From: a virus
IMG/VR virus record: IMGVR_UViG_3300021091_000014
Span: 64,001 to 128,000 of that record
Reading direction: 5' to 3' (one strand)
Length of the DNA stretch: 64,000 bases
Below are positions 54,763 to 64,000 of the stretch, one piece after another. The number at the start of each line of letters is the position of its first letter. The first letter of the stretch is position 1. The notes under the pieces are model-generated. The model was not told where the DNA came from. It worked only from the letters and a program-made list of their open reading frames with translations, and did not search any database. A program made the position numbers and the translations under genes.

Positions 54763-55311
54763 ATGACAGCTATTTCAAGCCTACCAGAAAATAAAAACTT
54801 CCTATCACCTCTAGGGTTTACTTTTACTATAAAGAAGACCCCCGGGGTTAATTACTTTGTTCAATCAGTCTCTCTACCAAGTTTAACTCTAGGTCAATCA
54901 GACATACAGACACCCTTTGTTAAACTGCCTATTCCAGGGGATCACATTGACTTTAGTACTCTCTCTATTACCTTTCGTGTAGATGAGAACCTAAAGAATT
55001 ATAAAGAGATATTTGATTGGATTATTGCATTAGGATTTCCAGAAGGATTTAATCAATATAACGCCATTGCTCCGAGCAGGGGCAAATTTGGCGGATCGAT
55101 TAATAATCCTGTGGCAGGAACAGGGGTTTATTCGGATGCATCTTTAATGATACTTAACTCAGTGAAAGCGCCTATCGTTGAGTTTGCATTTAAAAATTTA
55201 TACCCTATTTCTCTTTCAGACATTCTGTTTGATACAAGAGATACAGACGTTAATTATGTTGACGTTACTGCAATGTTCGCATTTGAACAATTTAAGTTGA
55301 ATTACGTGTAG
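54763..55311 (+). CDS. gp3: Tail tube terminator/completion protein
   Basis: NFLSP.GF, P.V.YF.Q...LP, F.VDE.L.NY.EI..W, SDA.L.IL. Confidence 0.9.
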   Translation: MTAISSLPENKNFLSPLGFTFTIKKTPGVNYFVQSVSLPSLTLGQSDIQTPFVKLPIPGDHIDFSTLSITFRVDENLKNYKEIFDWIIALGFPEGFNQYNAIAPSRGKFGGSINNPVAGTGVYSDASLMILNSVKAPIVEFAFKNLYPISLSDILFDTRDTDVNYVDVTAMFAFEQFKLNYV

Positions 55312-55325
55312 CAGTAGTCTATAAT
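55297..55325 (+). promoter_or_regulatory. Sigma70-like promoter upstream of uvsY
   Basis: TTGAAT-17 nt-TATAAT. Confidence 0.7.
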
Positions 55326-55348
55326 ATTATGATTACTGTGAGGTGAGT

Positions 55349-55783
55349 ATGAAATTAGAAGAAATTCAATCCATGTGGGAAAAAGATAGTAGTATAGACA
55401 GAACCGAGCTCGGTGAAGAGAGTCTTCGTATCCCGCAACTACATGCAAAGTACTTCAAGATCTTTTCTGAAGAAAGATTAACTTTAAGAAAATACGAAAC
55501 TGCATATAAAAAACTACACAAATCAAAGTTCGAATACTATAACGGAACTATTAGTGAGGAAGACCTGAAAGAGAACGGATGGGATCCTTTTCAGTTAAGA
55601 GTTCTAAAATCAGACATTGGTGTGTACTTGCAGTCTGATAGTGAAATGTGTGACTTAGAGTTACGTGTAGAACTACAAAAAGAAAAAGTAGAATTTTTAG
55701 AATCAATAATAAAAAATCTTCCTGCGAGAGGCTACCAAATTAATGCCGCTATCGCATGGGAGAAGTTTAAGGTTGGTGCGTGA
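55349..55783 (+). CDS. uvsY: Recombination mediator
   Basis: W.KDS.ID, IP.LH.KY, YY.G, R.YQI..AI.W.KF. Confidence 0.9.
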   Translation: MKLEEIQSMWEKDSSIDRTELGEESLRIPQLHAKYFKIFSEERLTLRKYETAYKKLHKSKFEYYNGTISEEDLKENGWDPFQLRVLKSDIGVYLQSDSEMCDLELRVELQKEKVEFLESIIKNLPARGYQINAAIAWEKFKVGA

Positions 55784-57234
55784 TAACCGTAGAAAAAATT
55801 AATGACGTTCACATTAAACTACTTTGTGAGAGTGACGTTGCACAAGAATTAAGCGAGTACTTTACCTTTAACGTGCCAGGTGCACGATTTTCACCTGCCT
55901 TTAGGAACAAGATGTGGGATGGAAAGATTAGACTCTTTTCAACAGCCACACATTTAATTTACGGCGGGCTCTTACTCCATGTTCAAAGATTTGCAAAGGA
56001 ACGAGATTATGAAATTAATTTTGCCGGTAATTATTTTTGTGACGAGAGCCTTTCACTGCATGAAGCCAATGAATTTATTAAAGAATTAAACTTATCAATA
56101 ACTCCCCGTGATTATCAAATTGATGCTTTTGCCCACGCTGTAAGAAAAAAAAGAGCACTTTTATTATCCCCTACAGCATCGGGTAAGTCCCTTATAATTT
56201 ACCTTCTTAGCTCCTATTATCTTTCCGATACTGATAAAATTTTAATCATTGTACCTACAACGTCACTCGTACATCAAATGGCGTCTGATTTCGTGGATTA
56301 TGGTTGCGATAAAAACTTTATCCACAAGATATTCTCGGGACAAGAGAAAATGACAGACTCTCCGTTTGTTATTACTACTTGGCAATCAATTCACAAACTA
56401 CCTAAGCCATGGTTCCATCAATTTAACTGTGTTATTGGTGACGAAGCGCATCTCTTTAAAGCTAAGAGTCTTTCATCAATAATGTCAAAGCTTGTAACTT
56501 GTCCGATGAGGTTTGGATTTACCGGTACTCTAGATGGCTCACAAACTCATAAACTTATACTAGAGGGACTGTTTGGTGAAGTTAAAAAAGTCACTACAAC
56601 TGCTGAACTAATAGATCAAAAACATTTATCTCAATTTCAAATAAAAGCAATTGTACTCTCTTATACAGAAGAAACTAGAAAGCTTTTAAGGGGTATTGAT
56701 TACCAAACAGAGATAGATTATATAAACGGCAATGAACATAGAAATAATTTTATTGCAAATCTAACAGCTTCACTTAAAGGTAACACCCTTGTTCTTTTTA
56801 AGATTATTGATCACGGAAAGGGACTTTTTAATTTAATTAGTTCAAAATGTAATCAACAAAAAGTATTTTATGTTGATGGTGCTGTAGATGGGCTTTTAAG
56901 AGAAGAAATAAGAAAATCTATCGAAGAGGAGAAAAATGGTATTATTGTTGCTTCACTTGGCACTTTTTCAACAGGTGTAAATATCAAAAACCTACATAAT
57001 ATTATATTTGCAAGCCCAAGCAAGTCTAGAATTAAAACATTGCAGTCAATTGGTAGAGGGTTAAGATTAAGTACCAATAAAGAGATTGCAACTCTATATG
57101 ATGTCGTCGACGATATTTCTTGGAAATCAAAAAAAAATTACACTCATCAACATTTCTTAGAAAGAGTTAAAATGTACGATGATGAAAGATTCGATTATAA
57201 GATTTATAACGTTAATTTAAAGGACCAAGCTTAA
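55780..57234 (+). CDS. uvsW: DNA helicase
   Basis: SPTASGKS, DEAH, GFTGT, LQSIGRGLR. Confidence 0.96.
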   Translation: MITVEKINDVHIKLLCESDVAQELSEYFTFNVPGARFSPAFRNKMWDGKIRLFSTATHLIYGGLLLHVQRFAKERDYEINFAGNYFCDESLSLHEANEFIKELNLSITPRDYQIDAFAHAVRKKRALLLSPTASGKSLIIYLLSSYYLSDTDKILIIVPTTSLVHQMASDFVDYGCDKNFIHKIFSGQEKMTDSPFVITTWQSIHKLPKPWFHQFNCVIGDEAHLFKAKSLSSIMSKLVTCPMRFGFTGTLDGSQTHKLILEGLFGEVKKVTTTAELIDQKHLSQFQIKAIVLSYTEETRKLLRGIDYQTEIDYINGNEHRNNFIANLTASLKGNTLVLFKIIDHGKGLFNLISSKCNQQKVFYVDGAVDGLLREEIRKSIEEEKNGIIVASLGTFSTGVNIKNLHNIIFASPSKSRIKTLQSIGRGLRLSTNKEIATLYDVVDDISWKSKKNYTHQHFLERVKMYDDERFDYKIYNVNLKDQA

Positions 57235-57630
57235 ATGATTTCTATTGTCAAATTACTTAATAGCTCTGAGTTAATTGGAGATATTGTTAATGATGAAAAG
57301 GAATCTATCACATTAAATAATCCGCTTGTAATTAATTATCGTTACAAGAATGAACTTTCCCCTCCTATTATTTCCCTTTTAAGATATTCTTCTTTTACTA
57401 GTACAAAAGATATTACACTTAAAAAAGAGCATATCTTAACGATATTATCTCCTACAGATAATATGATAGGTTACTATAAAACGACTTTAAAAAATATAGT
57501 TGAACATATTGATCCTGCTGTTGATCAAGAACTTGCAGCAGCTGCTGGAGAACAAAGCGATCTTTCTCCTGAAAGCAAAGCCAAGCTTGCATTAATTGAA
57601 AGACATGTTACAAAGGCAACTCTCAATTAG
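57235..57630 (+). CDS. Hypothetical protein (Sm-like conserved T4-like ORF)
   Basis: IVKL...ELIG, L.NPL; conserved position between uvsW and gp55. Confidence 0.6.
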   Translation: MISIVKLLNSSELIGDIVNDEKESITLNNPLVINYRYKNELSPPIISLLRYSSFTSTKDITLKKEHILTILSPTDNMIGYYKTTLKNIVEHIDPAVDQELAAAAGEQSDLSPESKAKLALIERHVTKATLN

Positions 57631-57660
57631 TTGTATAAACATCCTAAAGTAAATTATAAT
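57631..57660 (+). promoter_or_regulatory. Sigma70-like promoter upstream of gp55
   Basis: TTGTAT-18 nt-TATAAT. Confidence 0.6.
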
Positions 57661-57688
57661 TAATACGTTTACTACGTATGAAAGATTT

Positions 57689-58276
57689 ATGGCTAACGCG
57701 CACTATGTTGATAATAAAAAACTATATCAGGCAATTGTAGAATATAGAAAAATTGTAAGAGAAAAAGAAGAACAGGGACTAGAGATACCACCTATTCCTT
57801 CTTATATTGGGCATTGTATGTTAATGATCGCTCAAAGACTTTCTCTTAAACCAAACTTTGTTAACTATTCATATAGAGAAGAAATGATCTCCGACGGAAT
57901 AGAAAACTGTGTGTGTTATTTTGATAATTACAATCCCGATCGCTACGATAATCCATTTGCTTATTTTACGCAAATTATTTACTTTGCATTTCTTCGAAGA
58001 ATTCAAAAAGAAAAAAAGCAACTTTACATAAAGCATAAAACTCTAGAAAATTCATTTATAATGAATGAGCTTGTAGAGCAAGGAGAGCATGATGATGGTG
58101 ACTTTACACCGGTGTATATTGATTTAGAAAACGAAAATATGAATGAGTTTATTAAAGCGTTCGAAGATGGTTTAGATAAAAAACGAAAGAAAAGAAAACA
58201 AGGTTTAGAAAAATTTATAGAATCAGAAGAGCAAGAAGAAGTTATTGATACTGACGACGAAGAAGAAAATACATAA
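57689..58276 (+). CDS. gp55: Late transcription sigma factor
   Basis: HYVDNK, PNF.NYSY.EEMI.DGIENC, NPFAYFTQI...AF.RRI.KEK. Confidence 0.96.
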   Translation: MANAHYVDNKKLYQAIVEYRKIVREKEEQGLEIPPIPSYIGHCMLMIAQRLSLKPNFVNYSYREEMISDGIENCVCYFDNYNPDRYDNPFAYFTQIIYFAFLRRIQKEKKQLYIKHKTLENSFIMNELVEQGEHDDGDFTPVYIDLENENMNEFIKAFEDGLDKKRKKRKQGLEKFIESEEQEEVIDTDDEEENT

Positions 58277-59334
58277 TGCAAATTGCAATCTTAGGTGATA
58301 CTCACTTCGGTGCGAGAGGTGATAGTCCTTTCTTTCATAAGCATTTCAAGACATTTTACACCGATGTCTTTTTTCCTTACCTAGAGAAAAATAATATTGA
58401 ACATATTATTCAGTTAGGGGACGTATTTGATAGACGCAAGTTTGTTAACTATCAAACTTTAAATCACTGTAAATTATATTTTTTTGAAGCATTAAACTCA
58501 AAACATAAATCCTGGTTATTAGTTGGTAATCATGATACCTATTATAAAAATACTAACAAAGTAAATTCCCTCGATCTATTACTTAAAGAATATAAAAATA
58601 TTAATCAAGTACAGCAACCATACGAGATTTCTTTCGATGGAGTTAGCGTTCTTATGGTACCTTGGATATGTGCCGATAATTACAACGAAGTAATGCATGC
58701 AATAGATATTTCACAATCGCAAATACTTATAGGGCATTTTGAAATAAACGGGTTTGAGATGCACAAAGGTTCATTCTGTGATGGTGGTATTGATCCATCA
58801 GTATTTAATAAATTTGACTTAGTAATATCAGGTCACTTTCATACTAAATCTACTAGAGGCAATATTGTTTATACAGGTACTCCTTATGAGATGACGTGGA
58901 ATGATTATGAAGACAAAAAAGGATTCCATATTTTCGATACCAACACAAGAGAGCTTAAGTTCGTACCAAACCCTCTTTCTATGTTTCACAAGATATGGTA
59001 CGATGATAGCAACTCCTCGATGAACGAAATTGTTGCTCAGGACTTCGACAAGTATAAAGATACGATCGTAAAAGTAATTATCAAGAATAAACTTAATCCA
59101 GTATGGTTTGATATCTTTATTGAGAAGCTGGAGAAGTCCGGAGTTATTGACATGCAAGTAGTTGAGGATCACCTTAACCTAAATCTTGAGGATGATTCCG
59201 ATATTGTTAACGAAGCGGAAGACACTCTTACGATACTTAACAAGCATGTGTCTCAATTGGAACTAAAAGCGGATAAACAAAAGCTGGAAAACTTATTACG
59301 TACACTTTACAATGAAGCATTATCTATGGAGTAA
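58276..59334 (+). CDS. gp47: Recombination nuclease (Mre11/SbcD-like)
   Basis: DTHFG, GD.FD.R, GNHD, GHF, SGHFH. Confidence 0.95.
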   Translation: MQIAILGDTHFGARGDSPFFHKHFKTFYTDVFFPYLEKNNIEHIIQLGDVFDRRKFVNYQTLNHCKLYFFEALNSKHKSWLLVGNHDTYYKNTNKVNSLDLLLKEYKNINQVQQPYEISFDGVSVLMVPWICADNYNEVMHAIDISQSQILIGHFEINGFEMHKGSFCDGGIDPSVFNKFDLVISGHFHTKSTRGNIVYTGTPYEMTWNDYEDKKGFHIFDTNTRELKFVPNPLSMFHKIWYDDSNSSMNEIVAQDFDKYKDTIVKVIIKNKLNPVWFDIFIEKLEKSGVIDMQVVEDHLNLNLEDDSDIVNEAEDTLTILNKHVSQLELKADKQKLENLLRTLYNEALSME

Positions 59335-59336
59335 TC

Positions 59337-59822
59337 GTGAATATTTTCTTTCTTAGTAATAAACCTAATGATTGTGCTCGTCAACACTGCGACAAACATG
59401 TCGTAAAGATGATACTTGAGACAGCCCAGCTGCTATCAAATGCCCATCATATGCTAGACGGTGATCAAGTTATTAAACCAATCTATAAACTAACACATAA
59501 AAATCACCCATCAGCAATATGGACACGTTCAAGTATTGTGCATTATGAGTGGCTCTGGCTACTGCTTGGTGAACTATGTAAAGAGTATACACATCGTTAT
59601 GGTAAAGTACATAAAGCAGAACGCGACGGACTTATTGAAATACTTAAGACACCCCCTAAAAATATCCCAAAAGGTGTCTTAATGTCCGAACCTCCTCCTG
59701 CCATGCCCGATGAGTATAAAGTATCTAACGTAGTAGAGTCGTATAGAAATTACTATAGAGGTGCAAAACGTTCATTTGCACGTTGGACCAATAGAGAAAT
59801 TCCTGAATGGTTTAATGGATGA
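59337..59822 (+). CDS. Pyrimidine-dimer DNA glycosylase (DenV/Pyr_excise-like family)
   Basis: MNIF.L, HCDKHVVKMILETAQLL, H.NHP...W, EY..RYGK.H, YR.YY...K. Confidence 0.75.
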   Translation: MNIFFLSNKPNDCARQHCDKHVVKMILETAQLLSNAHHMLDGDQVIKPIYKLTHKNHPSAIWTRSSIVHYEWLWLLLGELCKEYTHRYGKVHKAERDGLIEILKTPPKNIPKGVLMSEPPPAMPDEYKVSNVVESYRNYYRGAKRSFARWTNREIPEWFNG

Positions 59823-61534
59823 TTATATTTGAAAAAGTAAGATGGAAAAATTTTCTTTCTACCGGTAACGCGTTTACAGAAATAGCATTAACAAAAAATA
59901 AGTCTACTCTTATTATTGGTGAGAATGGTGCAGGTAAAAGTACCATTCTCGATGCTCTTTCTTTTGGCTTATATGGTAAGCCTTTTAGAAAGATTAATAA
60001 ACCTCAACTACTCAATACTATTAATCAAAAAAGTCTTGAGGTAGAGATTGAGTTTAGAATTGGTAAACGTCAATTCTTGGTAAAGCGTGGAATGAAGCCC
60101 TCGCTATTTGAAATATATCAAGACGGCAAACTTCTTAACCAAGATGCCGAGTCAAAAGAATATCAAGAGATGTTTGAGAGAAATATTCTCAAACTAAATC
60201 ATAAGTCATTTAACCAGATTGTAGTACTCGGTAGCGCATCGTTCGTACCCTTCATGCAGTTACCAGCAGCACATAGAAGAGAGGTAATCGAAGATCTCTT
60301 AGATATTCAGATCTTCTCTACAATGAATCTTCTGCTAAGGGATAAAGTACAGAAAAATAAAAACGATATTACTGATATAGATTATAATATGCGGTTAGTT
60401 GCCGAGAAGATTGAAATGCATAAAAAGCATTTACAGGCAATGAAGCAAAGTAATGAAGAAGTTATTGAGCAAAAGAAAAACAAAATTATTGAGTTAGAAA
60501 CAAGTATTGCAGACGTTAAGACTAATATCACGAGACTTAATAATCAGCTTGAAAAAGCAACAAGTAGTATTTCTGATCAAGAAAAAGTTAAGCTAAAATT
60601 TGACAATATTGTTGATCTTAAAACAAAGCTTGACATAAAGCTTGACAAGCTACAAAAGGAAATAGAATTCTTTAGAGATCACGACGACTGCCCGGTATGT
60701 AGACAAGGCATTGATCATGTACATAAGAAAGAGATTGTCTCTAATGATAACGATCAGATACTCGAAGTACAGAATGCAATTCAGAAACTGAATGAGGACA
60801 TATCTTGGTATACTCATCGTATAAAAGAAATCAGTTCAGTTAATGATAAGATTACTCTCTTGAACAGAGACATATCAAACGATAACGTTCAAATTACTAC
60901 TCTACTCTCATTCATTACAGGCCTTAATGATGAGATTGATAAACTTAAAAAAGATAAAACTGTAACAGAAGATAACTCAGAAGAACTTAAGCAACTAAAA
61001 GGTGAATTAAAAGAGCATGTAACTAATAAAGAAGAATTATTACAAAATAAATTAGTTCTTGATGTTGCGTCTATGCTGTTAAAAGATAGCGGTATTAAGA
61101 CCAAGATTATTAAGCAGTATGTGCCTATAATGAACAAGCTAATTAACAAATACCTGGCTGCAATGGACTTTTTTGTTAATTTTGAACTTAACGAAAATTT
61201 TGAAGAAAAAATAAAGTCGAGATTTAGGGATGAGTTTTCATATGAGTCGTTCTCTGAAGGTGAAAAAATGCGTATCGATTTGGCACTCCTGTTTACTTGG
61301 CGTGCTATTGCTAAGCTTCGTAACTCTGCTAGCACAAATTTACTTATTATGGACGAAGTATTCGACAGCTCACTCGATCATAACGGCACAGATGAATTCC
61401 TAAAGATACTCAGCACTTTGACTACTGATACAAATGTGTTTATTATAAGTCATAAAGGTGATACATTATTTGATAAATTTGAAAATATTATTAAATTTGA
61501 AAAACATAAAAACTTCTCACGGGTAACCGCATGA
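59819..61534 (+). CDS. gp46: Recombination ATPase (Rad50/SbcC-like)
   Basis: GENGAGKS, CPVC zinc hook, FSEGEK signature, MDEVFD, IISH. Confidence 0.96.
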   Translation: MIIFEKVRWKNFLSTGNAFTEIALTKNKSTLIIGENGAGKSTILDALSFGLYGKPFRKINKPQLLNTINQKSLEVEIEFRIGKRQFLVKRGMKPSLFEIYQDGKLLNQDAESKEYQEMFERNILKLNHKSFNQIVVLGSASFVPFMQLPAAHRREVIEDLLDIQIFSTMNLLLRDKVQKNKNDITDIDYNMRLVAEKIEMHKKHLQAMKQSNEEVIEQKKNKIIELETSIADVKTNITRLNNQLEKATSSISDQEKVKLKFDNIVDLKTKLDIKLDKLQKEIEFFRDHDDCPVCRQGIDHVHKKEIVSNDNDQILEVQNAIQKLNEDISWYTHRIKEISSVNDKITLLNRDISNDNVQITTLLSFITGLNDEIDKLKKDKTVTEDNSEELKQLKGELKEHVTNKEELLQNKLVLDVASMLLKDSGIKTKIIKQYVPIMNKLINKYLAAMDFFVNFELNENFEEKIKSRFRDEFSYESFSEGEKMRIDLALLFTWRAIAKLRNSASTNLLIMDEVFDSSLDHNGTDEFLKILSTLTTDTNVFIISHKGDTLFDKFENIIKFEKHKNFSRVTA

Positions 61535-62049
61535 TACACAAACTAATTGAATGTGATAATCCAATACTACTCACTCCAACTGATCATTTCGATTTTAATA
61601 ATCCTCCCATTAATCCTGTTGAACTAGTAAATGATTTAATAGAGACATTAGCTCACTATAAAGGAATGGGCCTTGCCTCACCACAGATCGGTCTTTCTTA
61701 TCGCGTGTTCGTTTTATGGTCTCAAGAAACGCTTGCATGCTTTAATCCTAAAATTGTTGATCAAACTACTGAAGAAGTTTTATTAGAGGAAGGATGTCTA
61801 TCTTTTCCTAATTTGTTTATACCTATTAAGAGACCAAAATCTATTAAGGTAAGATTTGCTGATCCATTTGGTAACATAAGGACAGAAAAATTTACTGGTA
61901 TGACAGCAAGATGTTTCATGCATGAGCTTGATCACCTAGATGGGATAGACTATACTAGGAGAGCTACTCAATTTCATCTTGAACGCGCACAAAGAAAACA
62001 AAAAATTATGAGTCGTCAAATGCGACGTAATGAGAAGGTCGCTATATAA
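61531..62049 (+). CDS. def: Peptide deformylase
   Basis: GMGLASPQIG, EGCLS, HELDHLDG. Confidence 0.95.
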   Translation: MIHKLIECDNPILLTPTDHFDFNNPPINPVELVNDLIETLAHYKGMGLASPQIGLSYRVFVLWSQETLACFNPKIVDQTTEEVLLEEGCLSFPNLFIPIKRPKSIKVRFADPFGNIRTEKFTGMTARCFMHELDHLDGIDYTRRATQFHLERAQRKQKIMSRQMRRNEKVAI

Positions 62050-62086
62050 TAATACGTGCCCTTCCACGTAAACTAGGAGTAATAAC

Positions 62087-62935
62087 TTGTCAAAACTAAA
62101 AGTATCAGAATTATTTTATTCTATTCAAGGTGAGGGGCGCTATATGGGCGTTCCTTCAGTCTTTTTAAGAACGTTTGGTTGTAACTTTACTTGCTCGGGC
62201 TTTGGAATGCCTAAAGGAGTACAAAGTGATGAACGTCTTAACATCAATCCAAAAAAATATGAAAAGTATAATGAACTTCCCCTTGTTCATACTGGGTGTG
62301 ATAGTTATGCTTCCTGGGATCCTCGCTTTAAGCACCTTAGTCCTGTTATTGAATGTTCCCAACTGGCTAAAGACATCGTTAACATCTTACCGGAAAAGAA
62401 GTGGCAGGACGAGCACTTAGTTATTACCGGCGGTGAGCCTTTATTAGGGTGGCAACGCTCGTACCCTGATTTACTTGAGCAAGAATGTATGATGGGATTA
62501 GAAGAACTAACCTTTGAAACAAATGGTACGCAGGAGCTAACAAAAGAGTTTGCTGATTATTTGTTTGTAGAGTTTACTAGACACGGTCGAGGATACGACA
62601 AACTTACTTTTTCTGTATCACCTAAACTTTCTATTTCTGGGGAAAAAAGAGATGAAGCAATTCGTCCAGAGATTGTTGCCCAGTACAGTTCAATCGGATA
62701 CACCTACGTTAAGTTTGTTGTTGCTACAAAAGAAGATGTAAAAGAGGCAAGACAGGCTGTGAACGATTACAGAGCAGCAGGATTTGCAGGACCGGTATAT
62801 ATTATGCCTTGTGGTGGTACTGATGAACTTTACTATCTTAATCACAGACAGGTAGCAGAGTTAGCAATGAAAGAAGGGTTGAGATATTCTGATCGGCTAC
62901 AAATACCTCTATTTAAAAATGCCTGGGGTACATAA
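62087..62935 (+). CDS. queE: 7-carboxy-7-deazaguanine synthase (radical SAM)
   Basis: E.FYSIQGEG...G.P.VF.R..GCN..C...CDS, VITGGEP, ETNGT, SPKL. Confidence 0.9.
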   Translation: MSKLKVSELFYSIQGEGRYMGVPSVFLRTFGCNFTCSGFGMPKGVQSDERLNINPKKYEKYNELPLVHTGCDSYASWDPRFKHLSPVIECSQLAKDIVNILPEKKWQDEHLVITGGEPLLGWQRSYPDLLEQECMMGLEELTFETNGTQELTKEFADYLFVEFTRHGRGYDKLTFSVSPKLSISGEKRDEAIRPEIVAQYSSIGYTYVKFVVATKEDVKEARQAVNDYRAAGFAGPVYIMPCGGTDELYYLNHRQVAELAMKEGLRYSDRLQIPLFKNAWGT

Positions 62936-63378
62936 TGGAACATTTAGTTTATAATTTTAAAAACTACATGGATGATTTTGTAGATTTAGTTTACAACATA
63001 GAAAAATCTAACATAAAATATGACTTAGTGGTTGGTATTCAAAGAGGTGGTTTGATTGCAGCAGTTCACATATCAAATGCACTTAATATACCATTTGCTA
63101 ATTTAAATTGGTCACACAGCGAAGGTAAGGTACGTGACAGTTCTAACCCTCATCTTAAGACATCACTTGAAAGAGGTAGAAGAGTGTTAGTTGTAGATGA
63201 TATTTGTGATACAGGAATAACTTTGTGTGAAGTTCAACTAGCTTACCCGGGTATAGACACTGCTGTATTAGTCTATAATGAAGAGAATGAAAAACAATTT
63301 ATACCGACATATTATGGATGGAAGTTAAAAAGATCTGAAATTCCAGAATGGTTAGATTTTTGGTGGGAGAAGAAATAG
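62935..63378 (+). CDS. Type I purine phosphoribosyltransferase (Gpt-like)
   Basis: GIQRGG, VLVVDDICDTGIT PRPP loop, W..F.WE C-terminus. Confidence 0.85.
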   Translation: MEHLVYNFKNYMDDFVDLVYNIEKSNIKYDLVVGIQRGGLIAAVHISNALNIPFANLNWSHSEGKVRDSSNPHLKTSLERGRRVLVVDDICDTGITLCEVQLAYPGIDTAVLVYNEENEKQFIPTYYGWKLKRSEIPEWLDFWWEKK

Positions 63379-63885
63379 ATGTCAAATTTAAAACCTATTA
63401 CTTATAAGTTTGTTTCTACAAAAGAGTATGTTGATCAATTTCCGTGCGCATATCGTCAATGGAAAGCGGACAGTCACTGTAACTTAATTCACGGTTATTC
63501 TTTTTCAATGAGGTTTTGGTTCGGTAGTAATGACTTAGATATTCGCAACTGGGTTGCTGATTATGGAGGATTTAAAGAACTTAAAGAAATATTGCAAGAT
63601 CAATTTGATCACACTCTGCTTGTCGCAGAAGATGATCCGGAATTAGAAGTATTTAAAATGTTACAGGAGAAAAAGCTTGCCAAGCTGACCATACTTCCTC
63701 GACTTGGTTGTGAAGGACTAGCTGACATGCTTTATAAGTTTGTTAATGGTGTTTATGTCCCTGACTACTGGGGGCCAGGTGAAGCAAAACGTTTATGGTG
63801 TTTTAGAGTTGAGGTTAGAGAGACTCAATCAAATATGGCCTTCAGAGAAGGGCACCGTGAATGGAATGAAAATTTATTGGACTAA
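63379..63885 (+). CDS. queD: 6-carboxy-5,6,7,8-tetrahydropterin synthase
   Basis: SHC..IHGY, D.GG.K.LK, FDH, V.ET..N.A. Confidence 0.88.
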   Translation: MSNLKPITYKFVSTKEYVDQFPCAYRQWKADSHCNLIHGYSFSMRFWFGSNDLDIRNWVADYGGFKELKEILQDQFDHTLLVAEDDPELEVFKMLQEKKLAKLTILPRLGCEGLADMLYKFVNGVYVPDYWGPGEAKRLWCFRVEVRETQSNMAFREGHREWNENLLD

Positions 63886-63888
63886 ATT

Positions 63889-64000
63889 ATGGAAAAAAAT
63901 CTTGCACAAGTATTAAGAGAGCAAATGAAAGCTGATGGCAAGCGTTTTTGGGCCGGTGATAATATTTCTGAATATGTCGATCCCATCACAAAAGAAATTT
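63889..64000 (+). CDS. folE: Probable GTP cyclohydrolase I, N-terminus only
   Basis: MEKNLAQVLREQMKADGKRFWAGDNISEY resembles the N-terminus of phage FolE; follows queE and queD; catalytic motifs lie outside the window. Confidence 0.55.
   Translation, partial: MEKNLAQVLREQMKADGKRFWAGDNISEYVDPITKEI

Noticed and set aside
44285-61534. Introns, inteins or homing endonucleases in terminase, portal, capsid, uvsW or gp46
   Set aside because: ORFs are continuous and of normal length; no splicing or endonuclease motifs seen.

Overview
This window is a contiguous piece of a large, AT-rich T4-like myophage genome with the gene order seen in environmental and cyanophage-like T4 relatives. 1-5591 (minus strand) holds gp4, gp2, gp54, gp26/gp51-like and two tape-measure/hub-like genes, the last carrying a GH24 lysozyme domain. 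5603-25958 is the baseplate module. 25971-42371 is an accessory fibre module that also contains gp13. 42391-55311 is neck, terminase, sheath, tube, portal, prohead, capsid and gp3. 55349-64000 holds uvsY, uvsW, gp55, gp47, a DenV-like gene, gp46, peptide deformylase and the start of a 7-deazaguanine cluster (queE, PRTase, queD, folE). The main finding is an apparent phage-encoded collagen maturation system. Four collagen-like (Gly-X-Y, mostly Gly-X-Lys) fibre genes occur with a three-domain enzyme (GT25/COLGALT-like + PLOD-type glycosyltransferase + PLOD-type lysyl hydroxylase) and a separate 2OG-Fe(II) oxygenase. Two of the fibres end in self-cleaving S74 chaperones. Other notable signals are a well-phased -1 slippery site joining gp26 to a start-less gp51-like ORF (lambda G/GT-like), a lysozyme-less gp5 with a P2-type HxH tip, identical DNA blocks shared between collagen genes, and late promoters abutting start codons. 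All family calls come from motif recognition by eye; no database searches were run.
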